A DNA stretch of 63,643 nt, the filler included, from Rhabdomonas costata (lineage: Eukaryota), in NCBI GenBank assembly GCA_019059605.1. It is 51 parts of 51 records of this genome, joined end to end, with 100 filler letters (N's around TTAATTAATTAA, not from the genome) between each part and the next. Parts side by side here need not be neighbours in the genome. Positions count along the whole stretch, not along the records: positions 9,998 to 11,147 come from JAHMHO010026154.1; positions 11,248 to 12,397 come from JAHMHO010026155.1; positions 12,498 to 13,647 come from JAHMHO010026156.1; positions 13,748 to 14,898 come from JAHMHO010026157.1; positions 14,999 to 16,148 come from JAHMHO010026158.1; positions 16,249 to 17,398 come from JAHMHO010026159.1; positions 17,499 to 18,648 come from JAHMHO010026160.1; positions 18,749 to 19,898 come from JAHMHO010026161.1; 43 more parts are not named here. One strand, written 5' to 3'. Of this stretch, positions 10,642-22,499 are shown one piece after another (the first letter of the stretch is position 1; every line of letters begins with the position of its first letter). A program made the position numbers and the translations under genes. Under the pieces are notes generated by a model. That model ran no database searches. It saw nothing but the letters and a program-made list of their open reading frames with translations, and had not been told where the DNA came from.

Positions 10642-12817
10642 GCGATTCGGGGGCTTTCAGGTGCTTTACCAATGGGGATTCCTGCGTCGTTGTCCTTTCT
10701 TCCGCTCGCTCTTCTCCCTTTCTCTCCCACGCGCTGCGTGGTAACAGGTGGTAAAAAGGTACCCACAATGGCTCTCCGCAGTTCTTTGCGTCTTATGTCG
10801 CGTTTGAGCCTGACCTCATTTCCATAAAAATCTGCTTTTCACCGTGAGCATTTTGCCTCCGCAGTTGAAAAGCAGCATAAAAGCCCTCCCTCCCGAATTC
10901 TCTCCGTCCCACCTCCGTGATCGACAGTCGCACCAACACACCAACACTCCAGGGCGAACATGCCGCATTACCCAATCCCAGGAAGTGGGACGATTACGCG
11001 ATAATCCTCGTCGCTGGACCTCCGGCTCTGTGAGTTGAATTGAATAGAGTTCTGCACACTCCCCCCTTACATCTAGAATCTGACTCATCCATCTGATCGA
11101 TCAAATTGAAAATCAATTAAGCTCCACGCTGCATCACCCCCACAACCNNNNNNNNNNNNNNNNNNNNNNNNNNNNNNNNNNNNNNNNNNNNTTAATTAAT
11201 TAANNNNNNNNNNNNNNNNNNNNNNNNNNNNNNNNNNNNNNNNNNNNGTGGTGGGTGTGTTTGGTTGGGGGTGGCAAAAATGCACTTATGCCGTGGGAGA
11301 CTTCTTCCCGCTCCTACGTGCCCCCGCCCGCGCTTCTGCAGCGAGTTATTATGCTGGAAAACGAGCAGCAGAGCCGCACTCAGGTGAAATCCCCCAACCG
11401 CCGTGTTCTGCCGTTGATGTGGTGGCTGCCCGTGACTTCTGTTTTTTGGTTTTTCACCGAGTTATTCCCGGCTAATGAGGTCGCGTTGTTTTCAAGAAGT
11501 GGAAAGGTTGACCCATGAGCTTACGGAAAGAACGGGGGAGGTGACACATCGAACCATTTTCCGTTAATCCGCCATCGTCCTTGGACGTTTTGTTTTTTCG
11601 AACCTACCGGTTGAGCATTTGCTGCTAGAAAACAAAGCTCTGGTTTTTGAACTTAGCCCTCCCCAAAGAAAAGAATGTGAGGCTGTGATCCTACAGCTGT
11701 GCGTGTGGTTGCGCTGCAACTGCTGCTTACTCGCGGCAACATCTGGCTTGTTCTCGGAGGCTGAGTGAAAGCGTTAACCCTGACAATCAGCGAATGGGGA
11801 GTGTCTTCGCCGCCTGCGTTCCAGCCGAATAGGTAGACTTGTCTTCCCTCAAGTGATTTCTTTTCGATCCCTTGTGGCGGTGTGTATAGGTTCCGTATTC
11901 TTGCTCAACTGATAATTAGAAGTTTCCTAAAGATACCTTCGTTTCGGAGTCAGAGCGTTTCCTCTTCCATTCAATTAACTCCCAGAATCTCCTAAGGCGT
12001 CGGGGTGTGTTCTCACTCAGGAGCACGAACCCTCGTCGGGTGACAAACATGAGGTTCCCCTCGGCTTCTACTTTCGCATCACTTTTTTGATCTGGTCTTA
12101 GCTATTTCCACATCTTCACATTGCGCCCCACACACACATGCGCACGCCATCCCTGTGTAGATGACTCGCTCGTGAGCGCTGGACTTCGGACAGCGTGACT
12201 TCCGATACGGGTGAACATTTCCAGAGTTATCGTAGAAATGTCCCATTTTGGCATCAGTGGTCCGCCACCCTGTTCATGTTCCCCATGCCTTCGCTTCCGT
12301 TCGTCTCCAATAGGAAGAGAATGAGTTGGTCCTTCAGTTGGCCAGTAAGGTTGAGGTTTGTTTGCTTCTCTCTCTCTCTTTCATCCCCCACCCACCCNNN
12401 NNNNNNNNNNNNNNNNNNNNNNNNNNNNNNNNNNNNNNNNNTTAATTAATTAANNNNNNNNNNNNNNNNNNNNNNNNNNNNNNNNNNNNNNNNNNNNTAG
12501 AATAAGGGTTACAAAGTCCACTCCAGTCCGGTAGCACCACCCACCCACCATTTTTTTTTTCGGGATTCAGATTCACGGCCTTTACATTCAACTATACATT
12601 CATTGTGTTGCTAAATCATTATTTCCAAAGTTACTATTTTCATACCGTGAGTCAAATTACCCCAGAATCTTCTTGATTGTGTTGTTGGCCACATTACCAT
12701 TTGAGGGGGATGCGAATTCCTAGCAACTGTCCAGTTGCTCACCCTCCTTTCAGTGCTATAATTTCGGAAAACAAGTATATTTTCGAAAATAAAAATGAGG
12801 GTTGAGCTTTCACGCAC

Positions 12818-12966
12818 CACAGCCACGACGAGGGCCGCACAAATCCCCCGTCAGAGCGTGCCTCGTACATCTCGACGTCCACCTTCCGGCTTAGCTCTGG
12901 GATGGGGAAGGGGCTCTGCGGCACCACGGCCGCCATCTCCCGCAGGGGGGCCAGCTTAACGGGCAT
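12818..12966 (-). CDS. Probable first exon of an unknown protein
   Basis: GC-rich ORF MPVKLAPLREMAAVVPQ...RPSSWL ending at a |gtgcgt donor. Confidence 0.35.
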
Positions 12967-15801
12967 TCTTCTCTGGTTTCGACTGTGGAAGGGATGCTAA
13001 TCGGATCTGAACCCCACCGGAATTCGGTAAGTGGAAGAAGCTACGGAGGGAGACGCAATGCAAATACAGACAGACAGAATCAGAGCAGCGACATGCGATG
13101 AAAGCAAAAGAATAGGGAAACTGATCGAGCGCAGAGGAGTACGCAGATGCACCACCGCGAAATCGCACTGGTTATGGATGGATCTGACTCCAGAAATGGG
13201 GCAGGCCGCCACACTGGCTCGCAAAGCTTAGTGGGAGTACCTTCCAAAAGGTTGCACTCACGGTTGTGCGATTGGAAGTTTTGGTCAACTTTAACATGCT
13301 GGTACCTCTGTAAATTCAAGTAACAGCGACACGCGACAGCCTCTCTCACCTCAGGGGGGGAGGACGACTGCTTTGAAGTCTCATGTAGTTCGTTCGTTCG
13401 AGTTCGCGCTGCTGCAAAATCAGTTGCCGCGCTTCCGCACTTCTGGCACAACACTCATTTTGCTCAGCATTGCATGACCACAGGGGGAATGCGGGCTTAA
13501 GCGTTCAACAGAGCAAAACCATTGACCACATTCAAGCGGGGATGATTTCTTCGACTCCCATGGATTCCCAGCCAAACTCTTGCACTAAGCAAGAGTGGGA
13601 TGCACATGCCCCGGGAAGGACTCTAACAAAAGCTACCCCCCCCACACNNNNNNNNNNNNNNNNNNNNNNNNNNNNNNNNNNNNNNNNNNNNTTAATTAAT
13701 TAANNNNNNNNNNNNNNNNNNNNNNNNNNNNNNNNNNNNNNNNNNNNCACACATTCTGGGCTGTGGAGGGGTTCCGCTGGGCGGGTCTCGCCGCTTATGC
13801 CTTTCCCCGATCTCCCAACCAAAGCGAAGGATGTGGAAGGGGCACACGACTTCACACACACCCTTTCCTGTGTAGCTCTGCAGCGTCCCCACCCCGCACG
13901 CTCTGCAAACCCACAGCCTCTGTACCCTCTGCACGGGCCTCCTGATCTCCGCTCGGCTCTGGCCTGCGGCTCTGCTGTGCTTCTTTTAGGGCACCTCTAA
14001 CGAGAAAAACACTCTGGAAAACAAAGAGACCTGACGATTTCTGGATTTCTTCAATCCTAACGTAAATTTTGGAATCCTAGACAAAAGAAGGGACCATCAC
14101 CTTTCAAACCGCCGCTGTGTAACACACCACACTGTCCGTCTTCTCCGCCTGCATCCCCTGAGGCCTTGTCTGTGAAAATCCTCTGAAATCTCGGCCTCCT
14201 CGTCTCTTTCACCTGTGAAAACTCTGGAAAACACTGCGGATGCATCCTTCTTCCTCTGAAAAACTCCGAAAAACATACCACCTGAATCGCTGCAGTCGGG
14301 TCGTGTGCACGCATTCCCCTTACATGCGGCCTCCCTCCCGTGGCATGGCTCTCTGTCTCACCAGGGGTCTTCCACCACTGTCACTCTATCGGCCATCCAT
14401 CTCTCACCTGGCCATACTCTGCTCTGCTCTCTCGCCCAGCTGTGAATAGGTAGCCTGATCTAGCGTTTGGACAGGAGCTGGCTCACGAGAGGCTGAGATT
14501 CGACTTCCGCTCACCTTGTCGGCTCTCTGGAATCTCTATGCAACCTCTGGAAACTAGTCTTTGGAAACACCTTGATGTCATGGCTGTCTTCCTCTGGAAT
14601 GAGGAACACCTTGGTGACCTGGACCGTTACACGCTCCCCTGTTAGTACGAAGAACGTCCCAACAGAAGGGTGACGGCCGATCACTCATGACGGTCCAGCT
14701 CTGGAAAACTGTGGAAAATCACCTGTGTAAACCTCCCCTGGTAATGCTTCCGCTTACTGATCAACACATCCTGACCCACACAAAATTTGTAATCCGCTCT
14801 TTTGCGATTGGCATACGTCGCAGCCTTCTGCTTCTCCTTCTAGGATGTCTCCATCACTTTCTTCAAAGTTATTTTAATTTTCTTAATCTGGAATCTTANN
14901 NNNNNNNNNNNNNNNNNNNNNNNNNNNNNNNNNNNNNNNNNNTTAATTAATTAANNNNNNNNNNNNNNNNNNNNNNNNNNNNNNNNNNNNNNNNNNNNAG
15001 CGCACCCCGCGTTCTTCACACATTCCAGTTTTCGGCTGTCCGAGATTGCAGGCCATTACAGCACATGCACAGAGAGCACCTTCGACGAAGGTCCGGACTT
15101 ACCCAATGCGCATAGAATATGTTCGCGTGCAGTGACTGAGAAGCCTGCACGGTGAATGCGACCAACAGCCCATCTCCCACCTCCGAGAAACAAGGACGCA
15201 CCAAAAACATAGTAGCAAAGCAGAAAAGTAAACGGCTCATGGCCAGTGACAACAGGGCAAAGGGCACCATTGCCAACCTCAGTAACACGCAGCGGGATTC
15301 ACTGCCTCTGTATCCTCAAGCACTTGCAGTGAACATCCGAACAATACAGAGCAGCACAAAGCCAGCAAAATGAGCGTGCCGAACCAGGGGAAGTCAAAAG
15401 GGCGGGGGAAGACACCTTACGGAAGGAAGGTTGGCTGCAGGATCTATTATCTGTCCAAGTTTAATATTGGGGGGTCAGAAGAAGGTAGTCGCAAAGGCTT
15501 TGGACAGTAGAGACATCATTGCGGCCTGGTAGTTTGTGATGCCGCATTAAACTATTCGCTCTACAGTATCACCCGCACCCAAACCTTACAAGATTCGCCC
15601 ACCTGTCCACACCAACCGCATTGAAAGCTCCAAAAATATAATTTGAGTAAGAGTAGGCCATCCAACGTCTTAAGACCTAAGATCCCAATATTCGGAAACA
15701 GAAAACACCCCCGCTCACTTGACCAACTGCAGGAAAGCAACCCAAATGGCTGCTGGCATTGCACAAACGCAACGTGTCAGTGAGAAGGGAAGAGGGAACC
15801 G

Positions 15802-16146
15802 CTAACTCCCAAATAGGAGCGCAGCGGCCTGGTCCACATCCCCACCGCAACTCTGCAGAGCCTCCCTGGCAATGCCATCTGGGAACCCCAGTGACACCAG
15901 AAGCGCCAGCTTTTCGTCGACTGAGGCTGCACTTTGGGCTGCCCCAGTCCCCTGGGGAGGCGCAGGGGCGGGCACAGCAGCAGGCACAGCAGCAGGCACA
16001 GCGGGGGGCGACGTAGGAGCAGCCGAGGCAGCGGGAGGTGGTGCTGTGGTGGCCTTGTCCTCCGCGACCGCGGCGTCGCGGTACTTCAGAGGCAGCTCGG
16101 CTTCGGAGAGAAAGGGCACTTCGATGGAGGCGTCGCCGATGCATAG
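15802..16146 (-). CDS. DDI1: DNA-damage-inducible protein 1, C-terminus (end of the retroviral-like protease domain, linker, UBA)
   Basis: LCIGDASIEVPFLSEAELP is the typical end of the Ddi1 protease domain; followed by a Pro/Ala linker and UBA (LVSLGF...AREALQSCGGDVDQAAALLF*). Confidence 0.8.
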   Translation of the reverse strand, partial: LCIGDASIEVPFLSEAELPLKYRDAAVAEDKATTAPPPAASAAPTSPPAVPAAVPAAVPAPAPPQGTGAAQSAASVDEKLALLVSLGFPDGIAREALQSCGGDVDQAAALLFGS

Positions 16147-18076
16147 GGNNNNNNNNNNNNNNNNNNNNNNNNNNNNNNNNNNNNNNNNNNNNTTAATTAA
16201 TTAANNNNNNNNNNNNNNNNNNNNNNNNNNNNNNNNNNNNNNNNNNNNCCCTTAATTATCCGCCATGTGGGGTGCTCCTGTGCTAGATACGGCACAACGA
16301 AGAAAAACCAAAACACTTGACTTCTTTGTCCAGATGTGTGAATTGACGTACCTCACTCTATTGTGCAAACCCGTCGGTCCTTTTCTCCGTTGTAACGTAT
16401 TGGCCAAGGCCAGGATAACCCATAGGAAGGATCCATATGCACGGCCCACCTCTCAATCACACCTGATTGCTTTGATCTCAAAGGTATCAATCTGTGGAAA
16501 GTTGGAGGTGCCATCCAGGTGTCCCACCCCAGCCAACTCAGAATAACCTTCCGTCCTCTCATCTTGAGGTCAGAAAGGGTGAAGAGAAAAACTCCAACAA
16601 GACAGCCGCTAGGGCAACTATGGTGTCAAAAACTGCACTGCATAGAGACCTCCGTGGCCATGACAATCTTCGACCGTTCCTTCAAAGACCATGTAAAATA
16701 CAAATTTTCCGACGCTGACCCCTCATCAACACACCATAACAGTACAGCGCCCACCGGCTTCAAAGGGCACATCACGACCAAACGTCCCCCCTCTTTCTCA
16801 GAACAACACCCTCCAGCATTGGTGGTGAGGCAGCCGGCAACACCGACGGACCCACAGCACTTACTGGGAAGTCGCATGTGATGGCCCCTGTAACGGGACC
16901 CTTTCAAGAGTCTCATTGTAGTGGGCTTCTGGTGAAGTAGTGTCGTGAGATGAAGACCTCTCAGCCCCCCCATGGGATGAGCCTGAAGTCACAGAACTCA
17001 CAGTATTGGTGAGCTCCCCTTCACTGGGAGGAGGGAGAAGAAGCGGAGTAGCCACTGGACCACCGCTCATTCCGGGTGTCAAGCTCATCCCAGGTTTGGC
17101 CTGAAGAGCCGCTGCGGGCGGTGGTGGTGGTGGTGATGGAGCAGTTGTGCTCCCGGGAGCAGCAGAGCTGGCGTGAGGCTTGCGCGGTTCCTTCGTTGGC
17201 CGCGGAAAGGTGCGAGGGGATGACTCTGTTGGGGGAGGAACCTCGGAATCCACCACAACTGGCTTCCGTAAAATTGCTAGTAAAAACATTCCAAAAACAC
17301 TCCCAACAGGTCTATCCGGCGTACTAGGAGGGGGGTAACGATTGTAATACGTGTCTTAAGTCCCTTTTAGACACGTATTACAATCGTTACCCACAACANN
17401 NNNNNNNNNNNNNNNNNNNNNNNNNNNNNNNNNNNNNNNNNNTTAATTAATTAANNNNNNNNNNNNNNNNNNNNNNNNNNNNNNNNNNNNNNNNNNNNCA
17501 GGCCACTATTCAAAAGAGGTGGTGTGATGAACAGACCTCTAGAGGACCAGTGATGAAGCCGAGAGAGCTCGCGTCGATCATTTTTTCAGAGAAAAAACAC
17601 TCCTGAACAGTGAAGCAAGAAGCCATCTTTTCTGCACATGAGGCGCTGCAAAATGGAGCCAAGCTAACCAAGCTAAGGTAGAAGCTCACCGAGCGGGCGA
17701 GCATCGCCAGTAATGGCAAATCCTCGAACGAAACACACTGGAGGACAGAAAAAACATTTGCTATGAAGTCGGTGGTCCCCCGGCAGCCCGACAAACACCC
17801 GCCCATCTCAAGAACAATGTGCTCGAGGGTTGCCTTGATCTTGCACCAACTGAGACCTTGGACTGAAACCGTTTAGCTTCAGGTTTAATACTCGGAGGAG
17901 TATGAAAAAATGGTAAAGTAAGACAATTACGACAATTACGACCGTACGAAAATTTCTGCACTTAAAGTAAAAAGACATATCACGGCAAACGCGTTTCGAA
18001 GAGCGCTCACCGCAGTGCACACTGAACAAAAAGTGGGAGAACAAGTTGCAAGGGCAAAAATCACAAAGAAAAACGG

Positions 18077-18364
18077 TCACCGCAGAGCCCTCTTTTTCTT
18101 CTTTTTTAACTTTGCGGTGGCGGTGGCGTAGCCCTGCTGAGCCGCCCTGCGGTACCACTCTGCGGACTTCTCAAGGTCCTTGCCGACACCGACGCCTTTT
18201 TCGTACCACAGCCCCAAGCTGAACTGGGCTGCGGCGTAGCCCTGCTCTGCAGCCGCGTGATACCACTCCGAGGCCTCACAGAGGTCTTTTCCAACCCCAA
18301 CCCCCTTCTCGTAGCAGAAGGCAAGGTTGAACTGCGCCACAGCATAGCCCTGCTCGGCAGCTTT
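18077..18364 (-). CDS. Sel1-like repeat protein, terminal exon
   Basis: Two tandem SEL1 repeats (AQFNLAFCYEKGVGVGKDL..A.EWY..AAEQG); aacag| acceptor at 18365. Confidence 0.92.
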   Translation of the reverse strand, partial: KAAEQGYAVAQFNLAFCYEKGVGVGKDLCEASEWYHAAAEQGYAAAQFSLGLWYEKGVGVGKDLEKSAEWYRRAAQQGYATATAKLKKKKKRALR

Positions 18365-21300
18365 CTGTTAACAGAAAGGTCATTTAAAAACACCTGGGAA
18401 CGTTTCACCCCTTGTCACGTTGTCACGAAAAGGAGCAGCATCGTTGACGAGAAAGCGGAAGAGGACAGCAACAACGTGGCCAGTTGGAGTAACCAGCTAA
18501 TTTCAAGATTCCGAATATTCTGAATATTCCGAATATCAATAGTGGTGAACCCGCTGTTGTTATTTCAAGATCTTTTTGCTTCTACGTCGCCAGAACTTCT
18601 CTTACCCTCCCGAAAACGAGGCTTTCCCTGAATTAATTTTTGTGCCGGNNNNNNNNNNNNNNNNNNNNNNNNNNNNNNNNNNNNNNNNNNNNTTAATTAA
18701 TTAANNNNNNNNNNNNNNNNNNNNNNNNNNNNNNNNNNNNNNNNNNNNTGTTGGAAAAATTTCAAAATCCCCCCGGCGAGAAAGATCTTCACAATGCCAA
18801 TGTCTCCTGAAAGTACTGCACGTGGGATTCCCCGGGGGCCTTCGAGAACCTAGCCAATAGCAGGAGACTTCGATTCGGTCATATGGAGGTCACTCGGCGC
18901 ACCAAAGACCTGTACAGTGGGGCTCCTACCTTCAGGTACACGGTAGTAGAGGTTGTCGTGAGCTTTCTTCCAGATTGTGGCATCATCAGACCACAGGGGA
19001 AATGCCTCTGTTATGGGATATGGGATCTCTGCTGAATAGTTGAATAGGGGATGTCACACAGGGACCTTTTTATTAGGGACATTCTTGGCTTTCGGTGGGA
19101 CATTATATAGGCTTTTGCTGCATAACAGCAAGTCCATGTAAAAAAAGACCCTTTGATCTAAAAAAAAAACGCCGTGGAACAGGTGATTGATTGTATTTCT
19201 GGAGTATAGGGGACACTTTCACATGGCGCGGGTCGAGAGCAAAGGGAGACAGAGAGAGGGCATGCCCGAGGAGCGGAGATGAAGGTTCCCATGCCACTGG
19301 AGGGCCGGAAGTTGGCGCCGGCAAAGTTGCCCGCTGCGTCATTTGGGGCGCTCTTGCGGCTGCCCGAGCGCAGTGTGCGTATGCAAAAAAAACGCCGCAG
19401 GCGAAGAGACAAAGAAACGGAAATTCGGAGTGCGAAGTGCGACGATGGCACGCGATAAACACTTGGCCTTTGGCAACAATTGCAGTTACAATCACATTAC
19501 CTTCCCAGTCCGTAAAGGGGGGCCTGGAGAACAACCTTATGCGGAATTTTCGGTCCTGTCACGTTATCAAAAGCTGATGTAAAGAAAATATCCCATTGTT
19601 TCGCAAGCGTCACGTGCTATATCTAGCGCAGAATCTACAAGAATAGAGCTCAACAGAAAACTGAATACGGATTTCCTTATTTATTTTATTGAAGGAAAAT
19701 TTCAAATTTGACAAGTGAACGGCACTTCCAGAAATAATTTCCAGAAGAATTTTCAACTGAGAGGGCAAGAATGCGGAAAAACCCATATCGTTATTTTGCT
19801 GATTTTCGTGAGTTGCAGATTCCAGATTGTAGATTTCGGTCACACCCCCCCCCACCTGCATTAAAGACCACATTTACAAACAGACACACCTGGGGACGNN
19901 NNNNNNNNNNNNNNNNNNNNNNNNNNNNNNNNNNNNNNNNNNTTAATTAATTAANNNNNNNNNNNNNNNNNNNNNNNNNNNNNNNNNNNNNNNNNNNNTG
20001 TTGGTTTTAGCAAGGGACCTTGCATTGCTGTGAAGTTTGAACCGTGGAAAGGGGCTCTGCAGAAGCAGTGGTCTTCGGCTGAGCGACAATGGCCGCCTCT
20101 GCTAAGGGAAGTTTACGTTTATCTTGTGGAAGTGAGAAGCGCAGGGCAACCTTTTTTCCGCGGATCAGAGGTCATAGTTATGGCCCTGCCTGTGCAGCAT
20201 AGTTCGCCGATTCCATTGTTGTAGACCCAGAGACTTTTGAATTCGTTCTGCAGACGCAATCACATCCACTCTGCAACAGCCTTCTGTCCTAACTAGCGCC
20301 AGCCAAGGATCCCCTTGCGAAGGATGCATGGGTGCATCGAAAGCGGCGTTTATTCATCCATTCTGTGCTGGGATGTAGTGGTGTGAAATGCAACTGTCTA
20401 TGAAGGGAATCCCCCGATCCCTGCGCTGCCAACTGTCATTGTGGGTGTTTTGCAGATGCCCTTCGACTTCCTCTCCCATCTTCCGCACCACGGCCCCACC
20501 ACCACCATCACCACGAACGGCGAGTCTTGTACATAGTAGTTTGCGTTTGTTTCTCGTTGGCTCTGCCTTACTTTCTCTCATTCTCTCCATTCGGTTTCAC
20601 ATGCCCCTCTAATTCTCACAAAACCCCGTGTACAAAGCTGTGGTACCATGACTTCATGTAAATGTGTTTAAACCATTTCCTGTGGTGAATGTGCCGTTTG
20701 CTGTTTCGTGGCCTTCCTTTGGATTTTCAGCTGTTGAGCTTGGGAAGGCCGAATGTGACTCGCCGACGCTTTCAGCATATCCTGAACAAGAAAAGAAACG
20801 CGATGCTTCCTGAGGACAGGGCGTATGCGTAGAGGCGGCGTGTGTTGTGAATTGGACCGAATGAAACGTTTTGTTGACCTAAGAGCTCCACTTGTGCTGA
20901 AAACTGCCCTACACAGAATCCCCTGCTCTTTTCCTTCTTTGGCATCTGCTGTCTGCTATCCTGTCTTCTCTGCAGCCAAAGTCTATCTTCATTCCGCCGC
21001 TGCTTTGCTGAGCTTCTTTTCCTTCGGATCCGGAACCTTGTCTACACTTCCAAGCCAGCTTTTTCTTCTCACTCACTTGTACACCGTTCTTACCACCCCT
21101 GCGCCGGACTTTCGTACACCTTCGCTTTGTGTCCTGACGCTCTCTCCCNNNNNNNNNNNNNNNNNNNNNNNNNNNNNNNNNNNNNNNNNNNNTTAATTAA
21201 TTAANNNNNNNNNNNNNNNNNNNNNNNNNNNNNNNNNNNNNNNNNNNNGGTTTGTGTGTCTGTCGCTATGCCTTCTGTGTGTACGCCTTCTGTGTCGATG

Positions 21301-22012
21301 TCTGTACCTTCTGTGTCTACGTCTCAGCCTTCCTGTTTTACGGTGCCTGTTGCTACGCCTTCTGTGTCTGTTGCTATGCCTTCTGTTACCTGTGCTTGTC
21401 CTGTGCTTGTTGTTGCTGATGGTGGTGGGAGGGGTGCGTGGATTTCTGACGACGTGTGGATTTCTGGGGCCAGGGTGTCAGGTTGTGTGGATGTTGGTGT
21501 TACCAGTGCTGTGTCAATGCTTTGTGTGTCAGAGGCTTCGTGTTCTTGCGTCCTTGGGGTCACGGTTTCTGGATTTCAGGGGTCACGTGTTTCGGAGTCG
21601 GAGGGAGTGTGTGAGTTCTGCGATGCCAAGCTGAGTACTACGCTGTGTCTTGATGGATGTGTGCTTGGGGCTACGGGTTCATGGGTTCGTGTTTTCGAGG
21701 GTCAGGGTTTCGAAGGTCACGTGTTGGAAGGTGCGGGGTTGATGGTTGCTGCGAGTGAGTTGGTGTTGCTAGGCTGTCATGTCTCAGGGTGTCAGGAGGA
21801 GTGTGTGGAGTTGGAGGGTCAGGGTCACGTTTTTGGGTGTGAGGGTCAGGAGGGTGTGAGTGCTGTGAGTGGTTCGATGCATGACTGTACTACGCTTCTC
21901 TTCAACATCTAGGAGGGATGACGAGCGTAGCGAGGCATCCCGACATCTATGCCTTTACTCTTCTCCTCTGTCGGGTCTCTCAGGACTTCGAGCCCATCCC
22001 CTACCATCTTAG

Positions 22013-22087
22013 CTATACGTGTCACTCCGTTACACTCCCCGCCATAAGGCGGTCACTCCGACCGGGCGTAGCCACACAGGAAGATAC
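22013..22087 (+). repeat. Conserved non-coding core shared with 35786-35867
   Basis: Collinear blocks CTATAC.TGTCACTCC, CACTCC, CCGCCATAAGGCG, TCCG.CCGGGCGTAGCCACA and GAAGATAC in both contigs. Confidence 0.85.
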
Positions 22088-22499
22088 CCCTTGGGTTCAC
22101 GAGCGTAGCGAGTAGGAGGGTAAGGTGAGTGCATGGAGGCGGCCTATGCCGGTGGAATGCACGAACTACCACATGTAGGAGGAGATGACGACCGGAGGGA
22201 GGCAGCGACGACCACCATCACCTTTTAGCCTTTTACACCCCCTAGGCCATCTTTTACACCTCCTAAGGCATCATCTTTACACCCCTTAGCTCCTAGAACC
22301 CCCCCTCAGCATCCCCCTCAGGGGGGTAGGGTACTAGGGGGTATGGAGGTCCCCTTAGCCCACCTGAGGTCCACCCCCCATCCCATCTCTCCTGCATACN
22401 NNNNNNNNNNNNNNNNNNNNNNNNNNNNNNNNNNNNNNNNNNNTTAATTAATTAANNNNNNNNNNNNNNNNNNNNNNNNNNNNNNNNNNNNNNNNNNNN

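Noticed and set aside
16353-16562. KQSGVIERW resembling a retroviral integrase QSNGxxER motif
   Set aside because: Only a short motif with no DDE context or long ORF; at best a heavily decayed remnant.
17333-17392. 24-bp perfect inverted repeat
   Set aside because: Contig-terminal and followed by a primer-like tail; probable fold-back artefact.
20370-20415. TGTAGTGGTGTGAAATGC resembling an SSU rRNA segment
   Set aside because: The similarity is short, gapped and not continued on either side.
21256-21912. 218-aa ORF rich in Ser/Val/Cys/Gly
   Set aside because: The strand is A-poor and repetitive, so stops are rare by composition; no domain or host-like codon pattern.
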